A stretch of 54,805 bases of DNA, taken from NCBI GenBank assembly GCA_038850285.1, contig JAWCMA010000005.1, positions 1-54,805 of the forward strand. The letters run 5' to 3'. Position 1 is the stretch's first letter, and each line of letters begins with the position of its first letter. This DNA comes from Methanocellales archaeon (GTDB lineage: Archaea; Halobacteriota; JAWCLZ01). Made by a program: the position numbers and the translations under genes. The notes under the pieces are model-generated. The model was not told the DNA's origin. It ran no database searches and saw only the letters and a program-made list of their open reading frames with translations. Positions 39,624 through 48,680 of the stretch are shown here, piece by piece.

Positions 39624-41057
39624 TTAAAGCTTCCCCTCCATTTTCATATACCATTTTGAACCTGAAGGTGTATCCTCAATTATTATGCCCACATCCCTCA
39701 ATTTATCTCTAATCTTATCAGCGGTCCTCCAGTCCTTTCTATCTCTAGCCTCTTGCCGTATTTCTAATAAAAGTTCAATTAAATCTTTAATCATCCCAGT
39801 GCTTTCCCTGGGCATCTCTTTTTCAATATATTTATTAAATAAGTTCAATATTCCCCCGAGCTCTCTATATGTGCTTATTATCTCATCCGCAAGCTTTTTA
39901 TTTACCTCGCCATGTTTAGCTAGGAATTTATTTATCTCCCCGGTTAATTTAAAAAGACTTGCAAGTGCTTTAACTGTATCGAAGTCATTATCCATATTTT
40001 CTAGAAACTCTTCCCTTGCAGCTTTAATTTTCAATTGCAAATCGCGCTCGCTCTCGCTTATTTCCCTTTCTCTTGCTTGTGAAATAATACGTTTTAAAGT
40101 TCCATAGATTTTCTCCAAACTAGCTTTAGCTTGCTCGAGCTTCGCATAATCAAAATCAATGGGACTTCGATAGTGAGCTGAGGCGAAGAATAGCCTTATC
40201 ACCTCGGCATCGTAACGCTTAAGTAGATCTCTCAGCAAGACGAAGTTACCTAGCGACTTGGACATTTTCTTACCTGCAACCTTTAAAAAACCAGTATGAA
40301 CCCAGAATCTAACAAATTGCCTCTCAAGGAGAGCTTCTGATTGTGCAATTTCATTCTCATGATGAGGGAAAATTAAATCCACTGCTCCACCGTGGATGTC
40401 AATTTCACTGCCAAGGAACTTCGAGGCCATCACGGAACATTCAATGTGCCAACCGGGTCTGCCTCTCCCCCATGGGCTATTGAAGCCAAAGTCATTATTT
40501 TCCACGCGCTTCCAGAGGGCGAAATCCGCGAAGTGGCGCTTTCTCTCGTCGATTTCCCCCCTCACTCCTGCTTTTATCTGCTCCAAGGATAGCTTTGAAA
40601 GCTGGCCGTAGTCCTTGAACTTTGAAACATCGAAGTAAACATTTCCCTCCACTTCATAAGCAAAGCCTTTTTCAATTAAAAGCTGAATTGCTTTAATTAT
40701 ATCTGGGATATTCTCCGTTACCCTTGGATAAATATCTGCTCTCGCGATTCCAACGCTTTCTAAATCTCTCAGTCCCTCCTCACTGAATTTCTCGGTCAGC
40801 TTGAGGGGATGAATCCCAAGTTCTCTAGCTCGATTAATTATCTTATCATCCACATCGGTGATATTCTGAACATAAAAGACTTTATAGCCTTTGAACTGTA
40901 AATAACGTCGAATAATATCAAAGGCAAGATAAGTTCTAGCGTGCCCGATATGCACGTGGTCGTATACCGTTAATCCACAGACATACATCTTTACCTCAGT
41001 CTTTGAATTAAATTCCTCCAACCGATTGCTCATTGTATTGAAAATCTTCAGAGCCAT
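39624..41057 (-). CDS. cysS: Cysteinyl-tRNA synthetase (class I)
   Basis: MYVCGLTVYD, HIGH, PGWHIECS, HHENE, KMSKS. Confidence 0.97.
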   Translation of the reverse strand: MALKIFNTMSNRLEEFNSKTEVKMYVCGLTVYDHVHIGHARTYLAFDIIRRYLQFKGYKVFYVQNITDVDDKIINRARELGIHPLKLTEKFSEEGLRDLESVGIARADIYPRVTENIPDIIKAIQLLIEKGFAYEVEGNVYFDVSKFKDYGQLSKLSLEQIKAGVRGEIDERKRHFADFALWKRVENNDFGFNSPWGRGRPGWHIECSVMASKFLGSEIDIHGGAVDLIFPHHENEIAQSEALLERQFVRFWVHTGFLKVAGKKMSKSLGNFVLLRDLLKRYDAEVIRLFFASAHYRSPIDFDYAKLEQAKASLEKIYGTLKRIISQAREREISESERDLQLKIKAAREEFLENMDNDFDTVKALASLFKLTGEINKFLAKHGEVNKKLADEIISTYRELGGILNLFNKYIEKEMPRESTGMIKDLIELLLEIRQEARDRKDWRTADKIRDKLRDVGIIIEDTPSGSKWYMKMEGKL

Positions 41058-41083
41058 TACTTTGATATTCAACTTAACTTAAC

Positions 41084-42205
41084 TTAACTTTTCCCAACTT
41101 CACCGCAATAGGCACTTGCTATTTCCCTCTTGAATTCTAAAAATTCCCCATTTAAGATTGCCTTCCTAGCTTGGGATAGTAATTCTTGCAGGAAGAAGAG
41201 GTTGTGCATGGTTACAAGCCGCATGCCAAGCATCTCATGCACCTTCAATAGATGGTGGATGTATGCTCGAGTGTAGCTCTTGCAAGCAAAGCAGTTGCAT
41301 TTTCTATCGATGGGTGAAAAATCCCTCGCATATCTCCCTCTCCTCAAGCTAAATCGCCCTTTATTGGTATAAACGGTGCTGTGTCTAGCATTCCTAGTGG
41401 GATAAACACTGTCAAATAAATCTATGCCCATGGAAATGGAGTTCAAAAGATCAAGGGGAGCGCCAACTCCCATAAGATATCTAATTTTTTCCTCTGGAAT
41501 TAAGGGTACTGTATAGCTAAGTACTTCATACATTACTTTCTTCGGCTCGCCAATGCAAAGCCCGCCAATTGCATAGCCTTGGAAATCCATTGCACTCAAT
41601 GCACAAGCGCACTCCCTTCTTAAATCGGGATAAGTACCGCCTTGTATTATGCAGAATAGGACTTGATCTTCTCTTCGATGTGCTTCTTTGGTAATTTTTG
41701 CCCATTCAATTGTGCGCTGAGTAGACTTTTTCACGTATTCATAATCACTTCCATAGGGCGGGCAGTCATCGAGTACCATTGCCGCGTCTGATCCAAGTTC
41801 CATTTGCACCTCTATGCATTTAAGAGGTGTAAATCTATGCTTAGTGCTATCAAAAGGACTTTGGAAAACAGCGCCTTTATTGCTTACCTGCAGTAATAGT
41901 TTATCATTGAGCATTTGAAATCCACCGCTATCAGTGAATATCGCTCCTTTGAAATTCATGAATCCATGAATCCCCCCTGCCTCTTTTATAACCTTCACCC
42001 CTGGCTTTAGATATAAAATGAAGGCATTGGAAATGATTGCTTGAACATTGATTGCATACAATTCCTCGGAGCTAAGTGTTTTAACACTCGCCTTAGTGGC
42101 AACTGGCATGAATGCAGGGGTATCCACTATTCCATGCTTGGTATGCAGTCTGCCTACTCGTGCAGCGGTTTTTTCATCTTTACCCAGCAATTCAAACATC
42201 TTCAT
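41084..42205 (-). CDS. tgt: tRNA-guanine transglycosylase, bacterial (preQ1, position 34) type
   Basis: TPAFMPV, TDSGGFQ, LDDCP, IQGG, GGLCIGE, YLMGVG, FDSVYPTRNAR, CxCxxC...H zinc site; 373 aa with no C-terminal PUA domain. Confidence 0.92.
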   Translation of the reverse strand: MKMFELLGKDEKTAARVGRLHTKHGIVDTPAFMPVATKASVKTLSSEELYAINVQAIISNAFILYLKPGVKVIKEAGGIHGFMNFKGAIFTDSGGFQMLNDKLLLQVSNKGAVFQSPFDSTKHRFTPLKCIEVQMELGSDAAMVLDDCPPYGSDYEYVKKSTQRTIEWAKITKEAHRREDQVLFCIIQGGTYPDLRRECACALSAMDFQGYAIGGLCIGEPKKVMYEVLSYTVPLIPEEKIRYLMGVGAPLDLLNSISMGIDLFDSVYPTRNARHSTVYTNKGRFSLRRGRYARDFSPIDRKCNCFACKSYTRAYIHHLLKVHEMLGMRLVTMHNLFFLQELLSQARKAILNGEFLEFKREIASAYCGEVGKS

Positions 42206-42207
42206 CC

Positions 42208-43203
42208 CTATTTCAAAATCAACATTGCATCTCCAAAGCTATAAAAGCGATAGCGCTGTGCTATTGCTTGTTCATAAGCCCTTAAAATCTTCTCTCTCCC
42301 AGCATAAGCGCAGACTAGCATAAGCAGCGTGGAACGGGGTAGATGGAAGTTGGTTATCAATGCATCGATTTTGGCTTTGAATTCATAGCCTGGATATATG
42401 AATAAATCTGTTAATCCCTCGAAGGGTTGAATTTTCCCATTTATGCAAGCGCTCTCAAGTGCTTTAACTACAGAGGTGCCCACTGCAACTATCTTTCCTT
42501 TAGCACTATTCAATATATTCGCAGTTTCCTCTTGAACTCTGCAGTATTCCCCTTCCATTTTATGCTGCTCGATACTCCTAACTGGCATAAACGTGCTTAT
42601 TCCAATATGCAGCGTGATAAAGACAACATTAACCCCCATTAACTCCAACTCTTTGAGAAGTTCAGCAGTGAAGTGAAGCCCCGCGGTGGTTGAAGCTAGA
42701 GAGCCATTTATCCTTCCATAAATAGTTTGATATCGCTCTTTATCACTGAGCTCTTTTTTAATATAAGGCGGGATTGGTAAAGAGCCAATTTTAGCCAGCA
42801 ATTCTTGTGATACCTCGCGATTGAATTTAACTATAAATCTCCCAAGTCCAAGATCCGCTATTACTCTGCCTTCCAGTTCTTTGAAAATTAGTTTTTTTCC
42901 AGGCTGTAAATTTCTTCCTTTAATAAAGCATTCCCAAGCATCCTCAACCTTTTTTATGAGTAAAAGTTCTACTTTTCCACCTGTGGTTTTTCTACCTTCA
43001 ATTTTAGCTGGTATAACTCGAGAGTCATTCAATACAAGTATGTCTCCACTTCTAAGGTATTCTACTATGTCCGAGAACCTGCGATGTGCAATTTCCTGGC
43101 TCTTGCAATTTAGAACTAAAAGTTGGGAAGCACTTCTGGGTTCAACTGGGGTTTGTGCAATTAAGGCTTTTGGAAGTGGATAATCAAAATCCTCAAGCTT
43201 CAT
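42208..43203 (-). CDS. queA: S-adenosylmethionine:tRNA ribosyltransferase-isomerase
   Basis: FDYPLP..LIAQ, NDSRVIPA, PPYI, YQTIY, TAGLHF, TNFHLPRSTLLMLV, YRFYSFGDAMLI. Confidence 0.95.
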   Translation of the reverse strand: MKLEDFDYPLPKALIAQTPVEPRSASQLLVLNCKSQEIAHRRFSDIVEYLRSGDILVLNDSRVIPAKIEGRKTTGGKVELLLIKKVEDAWECFIKGRNLQPGKKLIFKELEGRVIADLGLGRFIVKFNREVSQELLAKIGSLPIPPYIKKELSDKERYQTIYGRINGSLASTTAGLHFTAELLKELELMGVNVVFITLHIGISTFMPVRSIEQHKMEGEYCRVQEETANILNSAKGKIVAVGTSVVKALESACINGKIQPFEGLTDLFIYPGYEFKAKIDALITNFHLPRSTLLMLVCAYAGREKILRAYEQAIAQRYRFYSFGDAMLILK

Positions 43204-43257
43204 TATAATTGAGATATGCATAATATCTTAATATACCTTAACCCAGATTAATTTAAG

Positions 43258-44202
43258 ATGATTGGCATAACTGCTCTCATTCCCCCTGAGGTAATATATG
43301 CCTGCGGCGAGCGCGCTTTAGATCTTAATAACTTCGTACCGCATTCAAAGTTGAATCCTCGAGATAAACTTTGTGCGTGGACTGCTATTTGGCGTGATTT
43401 AGTGTTAAGCGGTGAGGTGAAAATCGATGCTTTAGTGGTAATCGCAGGGGGTGACTGCAACAATGCCATAGTAGATGGAGAGAAGCTTGAGCTAGCTGGA
43501 ATTAGAACTCTATATTTAATGTATCCTTTCGATGGTTCAAAGAGGCTTATGCGCATGCAAATTGAAAAGCTGCTGAATTTCCTAGGCGGGATTAAGGATA
43601 GAAGTGTATTTAAGAAAATCAACAAGCTTAAGAAGCAGGCCATGAGGCTTGATGAACTTCGAGTTAGAGGTAGAGCAGCAGCTAAAGATGTATTTCAAAT
43701 TGAGATTTCCAGCAGCGATTTAATAGGTGATTTGGAGAAATATGAAGAGGCATTAAATAGAGTGGTTGAGCAAAAATTGAATTATAAATATCGCATTGCT
43801 TTACTGGGAACCCCGCCGATTTATCCTGATTTCCATGATTATCTGCAATCAATTGGCTTGCACGTGGTATATGATGAAATGCCATATGAATTCATTCGCC
43901 TTGAGGGTAAAAATTTAGAGGAGATAGCTGCTAACTATAGAAACTATACTTTCGCTAGGAATATAAAATTCAGATTGAAATTCATTGAGAATGAAATTAG
44001 AAGAAGGGAAGTTCAAGCTATTATTCATTTTCAACAATTTGCTTGCCACCACAAGCTTGAGGATCCAATTTTAAGGCAATATTTCAATAAAGAACTAGGC
44101 ATTCCCTATATCACCATAGAAGCTGATCTGCCTGGCAAAATACCCGAGCAGGTAAAGCTCAGGCTTGATGCATTTGCAGAGCGCCTTGGAGGGAGGCTGT
44201 AA
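43258..44202 (+). CDS. 2-hydroxyacyl-CoA dehydratase / benzoyl-CoA reductase-like Fe-S subunit (stand-alone)
   Basis: PPEVIYA, three Cys motifs LCAW / GGDC / QFAC, C-terminal IPYITIEAD...RLDAFAE typical of the HgdA/HgdB family. Confidence 0.78.
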   Translation: MIGITALIPPEVIYACGERALDLNNFVPHSKLNPRDKLCAWTAIWRDLVLSGEVKIDALVVIAGGDCNNAIVDGEKLELAGIRTLYLMYPFDGSKRLMRMQIEKLLNFLGGIKDRSVFKKINKLKKQAMRLDELRVRGRAAAKDVFQIEISSSDLIGDLEKYEEALNRVVEQKLNYKYRIALLGTPPIYPDFHDYLQSIGLHVVYDEMPYEFIRLEGKNLEEIAANYRNYTFARNIKFRLKFIENEIRRREVQAIIHFQQFACHHKLEDPILRQYFNKELGIPYITIEADLPGKIPEQVKLRLDAFAERLGGRL

Positions 44203-44922
44203 TTGCTCATAGGCATTGACATTGGAAGTATAAGTGCCAAGGGAATATATTACTCCAATGGCACTTATACTTGGCAAGTGGTTGATACTCATAATTGGAG
44301 GGAGTTGCTTGCTGAGAGAAAAAAGGAAGATATCGTGATTGCAACTGGATATTTCAGGAAAAAAGTGCCTTGTGATGAAACTGTGACTGAAATAACCTCT
44401 GCTATCTATGGAGTGAAACATTTTCTTAAAAAAGAAATCGAGGTCATCGTTGACATAGGGGGGCAGGATATTAAAGTAATAGATCTACGGAGCAATGACT
44501 TTAGAATGAATGATAAATGCTCAGCTGGGACAGGTGCTTTTCTCGAACTAGTTGCTAGATATTTTGATTTAAAGGTTGAGGAGCTTGAGAAATATCATTT
44601 CAAGGCGGAGAAATATGCTGAGATTAATAGCACTTGCTCGGTTTTCGCGCTCTCTGAAATTGTTTCAAAACTTGTTGAGGGGTTCTCCAGAGAAGAGATT
44701 ATTAAAGGAGTTCACTTTGCCTTTGCAAATAGAATTGCCCAACTCATACCAATCGACGCGAAGAAAATAGCTTTGATAGGTGGCATAGTTAAAAATCGAG
44801 GAGTAGTGGATGCTCTTGAAAGAGTTTTGAATAAAAATGTACATGTGCCTAGTGAACCGCAAATTGTAAATGCGATTGGAGCAGTTGAATATTATCTTTA
44901 TCTAGCTAAAGATATTTCTTAA
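44203..44922 (+). CDS. ATP-dependent Fe-S activator (HgdC/BadF-BadG ASKHA family)
   Basis: GIDIGS, ATGY, DIGGQD, MNDKCSAGTG, NSTCSVFA. Confidence 0.9.
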   Translation: MLIGIDIGSISAKGIYYSNGTYTWQVVDTHNWRELLAERKKEDIVIATGYFRKKVPCDETVTEITSAIYGVKHFLKKEIEVIVDIGGQDIKVIDLRSNDFRMNDKCSAGTGAFLELVARYFDLKVEELEKYHFKAEKYAEINSTCSVFALSEIVSKLVEGFSREEIIKGVHFAFANRIAQLIPIDAKKIALIGGIVKNRGVVDALERVLNKNVHVPSEPQIVNAIGAVEYYLYLAKDIS

Positions 44923-45295
44923 TTCTCGCTTCAAGCAGCTCTCTTGATAGTGCTCCAGTTACTCGATCTATCAATTTTCCATTTTTGAAGAATAACAGCG
45001 TGGGAATAGCATTGATTCCAAATTTCAAAGCTGTATTGATATTTTCATCGGTATTTAATTTGCCGAACAACACTCTTCCCTCATAGTTTCTAGCTAGATC
45101 TTCTATTACAGGTGCAAGCATTCTACAGGGCATGCACCAAGGTGCCCAGAAGTCAACTATTATGAATGGATATTGCTCTATAACTGCTGAAAAGTTCTCA
45201 TCCGATATTTCTATTACTCCTAGGGGGTTTTTTTTAGATAATTTCTCAATCAATTCCTTCATTTTCTTGGCTTTTATTTCTTCGATTTCACTCAT
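44906..45295 (-). CDS. trxA: Thioredoxin
   Basis: VDFWAPWCMPC, IPT. Confidence 0.93.
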   Translation of the reverse strand: MSEIEEIKAKKMKELIEKLSKKNPLGVIEISDENFSAVIEQYPFIIVDFWAPWCMPCRMLAPVIEDLARNYEGRVLFGKLNTDENINTALKFGINAIPTLLFFKNGKLIDRVTGALSRELLEARIKKYL

Positions 45296-45449
45296 CTGAA
45301 TCATCTGAATCCTTATAATTTATTTTCTATTTAATTTTAATTTATCCTCTACTATAAATTTTTGCACGATTTTGGCAAAAATGAATATATAACTAATCGA
45401 AATGCTTTTTATTAGATGGCATAAATATCTTTGAAAGGAGGAGTTTGAA

Positions 45450-45806
45450 ATTACCGAGAAATTAATTAAGCAAATAGAGAAAAAATGGGGTAAAATTCCA
45501 CCAACCGTGAAAGTTTTAAATGCAGCTAATCCAAAGGCGATGAAGCGCTATCTAGCTCTGAGGTCTGAATTTATAAAAGGCGGCAATTTACCGCTTAAAA
45601 CCAAGCGCTTGATACTTGTGGCAGCAGCTGCCGCTGCGAAATGCCAGCACTGCGTGGAAATGCATACCATAGAAGCAATAAAAGAAGGCATTCCAGAGCA
45701 AGAAATCATTGAGGCAATCTCACTCGCATATCTCGTAGGAGGCGCACCAGCATTGGTAGCTGGGAGCAAAGCATTAGAGGTATTTGAGAGAGAGATTGTT
45801 TATTGA
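45450..45806 (+). CDS. Carboxymuconolactone decarboxylase / AhpD-family protein, apparent ATT start
   Basis: LPLKTKRLI...CQHCVEMH, EIIEAI. The open frame extends to ATT 45450 behind SD AAGGAGG; the ORF track starts at GTG 45507. Confidence 0.8.
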   Translation: MTEKLIKQIEKKWGKIPPTVKVLNAANPKAMKRYLALRSEFIKGGNLPLKTKRLILVAAAAAAKCQHCVEMHTIEAIKEGIPEQEIIEAISLAYLVGGAPALVAGSKALEVFEREIVY

Positions 45807-46226
45807 CTATTTTACAATGAGCACTGGCACAGTTGAATGATGGCTAATTTTATCTGAAGTTGCACCTAGATGAAATCTTTCAACCTTGCTGCGCCCTTTG
45901 CTGCCAACAACAACTAAATCAAAGTTGCCCTTACTAGCGAATTCAACGATTTTATCAGCCGGGTGACCGAATTCAATAACTGATTTTACCTCTACTCCAT
46001 TTGTTCTACCAATTTCCATAAGTTCCTCTTGAATGCGTGTGAATTGCTTCATTAAATCCTGCTCAAGTGCTTTGATTTTTCTAGTACGCTCAAGGTAATC
46101 AGGCAAATTGATAACGCTTATAATAGTTAAAATAGAGTTATACTTCTTAGCAAGGCTAATGGCAAAATCAAATGCCTTTTGAGCTTGGGAAGAGCCATCG
46201 ACTGCCACTAGGATTCTATCTATCAT
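45807..46226 (-). CDS. Universal stress protein
   Basis: ILVAVDGS, DLVVVGSKG, LGATS, PVLIVK. Confidence 0.92.
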   Translation of the reverse strand: MIDRILVAVDGSSQAQKAFDFAISLAKKYNSILTIISVINLPDYLERTRKIKALEQDLMKQFTRIQEELMEIGRTNGVEVKSVIEFGHPADKIVEFASKGNFDLVVVGSKGRSKVERFHLGATSDKISHHSTVPVLIVK

Positions 46227-46276
46227 GGCAATAGATATATTTCACTCAAGCACTACATCTTTTTTGTGGTTGCGAA

Positions 46277-47050
46277 ATGTCTTTGAGAAAGATTTTAGAG
46301 AGGCTTAAAAAACACGAGGTAAGCGTAGGAGAAGCTGAAAAGCAGATTAAGCTATTGAGCTTTAAAAAACTTGAAAAAATCGCCAAGCTCGATATACATA
46401 GAGAAAAAAGAACAGGCATCCCAGAGGCCATACTTGCTGAGGGAAAAAGCATAAAAGCATTGATTAAAATTGCAAAAGCTCAGCTTCAAAGCGAGGGAAA
46501 AGCAATTATAACTCGCTTGAGCGAAGCGCAGCTTGAACCTCTAAGGAAAATCTGCAGAAGAGGGGTAAAGCTAGAATGGTATGAAAATGCTCGAATTGCA
46601 ATTCTAAGGAAGGGGAAAAAACCAGAGCGAAGCGGTGGAAAAGTTGGAATAGTCACAGCTGGAACCGCTGATATAGCTGCAGCGGAAGAAGCTAAGGTTA
46701 TTGCAGAGGAAATGGGCTGTGAAGTGCTAGAGATCCGCGATGTAGGAGTGGCTGGTATACACCGCCTTTTCCCTGAATTAAGCAAGCTCGTGGAGTTTGG
46801 AGCAGATGCTGTTGTCGTAGCCGCTGGCAGAGAAGGGACTTTACCAGCGATCGTAGCAGGCTTGCTAGATGTACCAGTAATAGGCTTGCCAGTTTCAACT
46901 GGCTATGGAAAAGGCGGCAGTGGAGAGGCTGCATTACTCGCGATGCTTCAATCCTGCTCCGCTCTAGCTGTGGTGAACATTGATGCGGGCTTTGTAGCAG
47001 GTGGAGTTGCAGCGAGAATTGCAAATAAAGCAGCTGAGGGTAGAAAATAA
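46277..47050 (+). CDS. larB: LarB-like (AIR carboxylase superfamily) protein
   Basis: REKRTGIPEAILAEGK, TAGTAD, DVGVAGIHRL, AGREG, PVSTGYG, VVNIDAG. Confidence 0.88.
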   Translation: MSLRKILERLKKHEVSVGEAEKQIKLLSFKKLEKIAKLDIHREKRTGIPEAILAEGKSIKALIKIAKAQLQSEGKAIITRLSEAQLEPLRKICRRGVKLEWYENARIAILRKGKKPERSGGKVGIVTAGTADIAAAEEAKVIAEEMGCEVLEIRDVGVAGIHRLFPELSKLVEFGADAVVVAAGREGTLPAIVAGLLDVPVIGLPVSTGYGKGGSGEAALLAMLQSCSALAVVNIDAGFVAGGVAARIANKAAEGRK

Positions 47051-47531
47051 ATCCTAATCCTAATCTTAACTAAAGGATTTTAAAAATTCTGGATACTAAT
47101 TAATAAATTCTAGATTCAAATATATAAACTCTAAAGTAAGTGTAGCTATGTATTTAAAGGAAGTTTGTTATTTAAATTCATTACTTTTTACTTTTACTTT
47201 TTAAAATCATCTATCCAGTCTTAAGCCCTTCGTGATCTGCGCGGTAATACTTCAAGTGCCCAGCGATATGCAATAGTGCGAGACTGCTTGTGAAGAGGGC
47301 TCTAATAGGATATTAAAGTATATTTGTAAGCAGCGTCAAGCTCATCCAGTAAAAGCCCCTTCATGGTTTGAATGGGGATGTATTGCGCTATTCCCCAGAG
47401 TTTTTTACCAGTTAAGCTGTTTTTCAGTTGCCAAAGTCCTCTACTTTTTTCCATTCCTCGCTACTTAGGATGCTTTTCGCATAGCTTAAAAAAACGTTGG
47501 ATAATTCTCTTACGAATGCGATGTCTTCATC

Positions 47532-48680
47532 TTAAAAATCCCAGTTTTCAATTGCTTCTTTCATTCTCCGCATGCCCTCAATTATATTCGCCTTTGAAGT
47601 TGCATATGAAATTCTTATATAGCCCTCGCTCTCAGGCCCAAATGGTGCTCCAGGGGTTACTGCTATATGGGCTTTTTCAAGCAGCTTCTCCGCAACTTCT
47701 GGAGAACTTCCCAAGTGAGCTATGTCCACGAATGCATAGAAAGCTCCCTCGGGTTTAATATAGCTGAGCTCCATTTCCTCAAGGTACTCAATTATTAGCT
47801 CTCGCCTTGCTTTGAATTCAGCAACCATTTCCTTAACGCATTCTTGACTTGAGGTAAGTGCTGCTAGTCCGCCATATTGTGCAAAGGAAGTGGCACTGCT
47901 CACCGAATGCTGCTGTATTTTAAGCATGCTTTCAAATATCTCCTTTGGAGCAGCAGCATAGCCAAGCCGCCAGCCGGTCATTGCATAGGATTTGGAAAAA
48001 CCATTTATGGTTATGGTTCTCTCCTCCATTCCATCCAATGAGCCTATGCTGAAGTGCTCCCTATCATATATGATTTTCTCATAGATCTCATCAGAGAGTA
48101 CATATAGATCGCGATCTATAGCGATATCCGCTATTGCCTTCAAATCTTGCTTAGATAGCACTCTTCCACTTGGATTGCTTGGGCTGTTTATCACAAGTAG
48201 CTTTGTTTTATTTGAAATCTTCTCAAGCAATTGATCTATCAAAGAGTTGCGATAAGAGGAAGCCCAGATTACTTTTGCTCCACTTAGTTTAATAATCGCT
48301 TCATATGAAACCCAAGCTGGGTCGAAGAGTATTGCTTCGTCCCCCTCTTCAAGTAAGCTCATTGCTGCTTCATAGATCGCTTGCTTTGTGCCTGGGGTTA
48401 CAATTATATTGCTTGCTTGCACCTTCAAATGATTCTCAACTTTGAGCTTCTCAGCAATGGCTCTGCGTAGCTCTGGTATTCCAGCGCTAGGTACATAGTG
48501 AGTATAACCTTTATCTAATGCTTGCTTTGCAGCCTCAGAGACATGCTTAGGCGTAGTGAAATCAGGCTCTCCCAAGCCGAAGTTTATGACCTCTATGCCT
48601 CTTCGCTTCAACTCACTAGCTATTTCAGAGATCTTAATAGTTGCAGATTCCTCTATCTCTAGAAGTCTTTTTGCTACCAT
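47532..48680 (-). CDS. Aspartate aminotransferase-like (class I/II)
   Basis: GEPDF, NSPSNPSG, SDEIY, GFSKSYAMTGWRLG. Confidence 0.92.
   Translation of the reverse strand: MVAKRLLEIEESATIKISEIASELKRRGIEVINFGLGEPDFTTPKHVSEAAKQALDKGYTHYVPSAGIPELRRAIAEKLKVENHLKVQASNIIVTPGTKQAIYEAAMSLLEEGDEAILFDPAWVSYEAIIKLSGAKVIWASSYRNSLIDQLLEKISNKTKLLVINSPSNPSGRVLSKQDLKAIADIAIDRDLYVLSDEIYEKIIYDREHFSIGSLDGMEERTITINGFSKSYAMTGWRLGYAAAPKEIFESMLKIQQHSVSSATSFAQYGGLAALTSSQECVKEMVAEFKARRELIIEYLEEMELSYIKPEGAFYAFVDIAHLGSSPEVAEKLLEKAHIAVTPGAPFGPESEGYIRISYATSKANIIEGMRRMKEAIENWDF

Noticed and set aside
41084-42205. TGT as archaeosine arcTGT or DNA-modifying DpdA
   Set aside because: The motifs (DSGGFQ, D-x-C, GGL-x-I-GE, PTRNAR), its length and the adjacency to queA fit the bacterial tRNA position-34 enzyme; no dpd or restriction genes are nearby.
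46277-47050. larB without larA/C/E as a novel system
   Set aside because: Dispersed lar genes are common in archaea, and the partners may lie outside the window.
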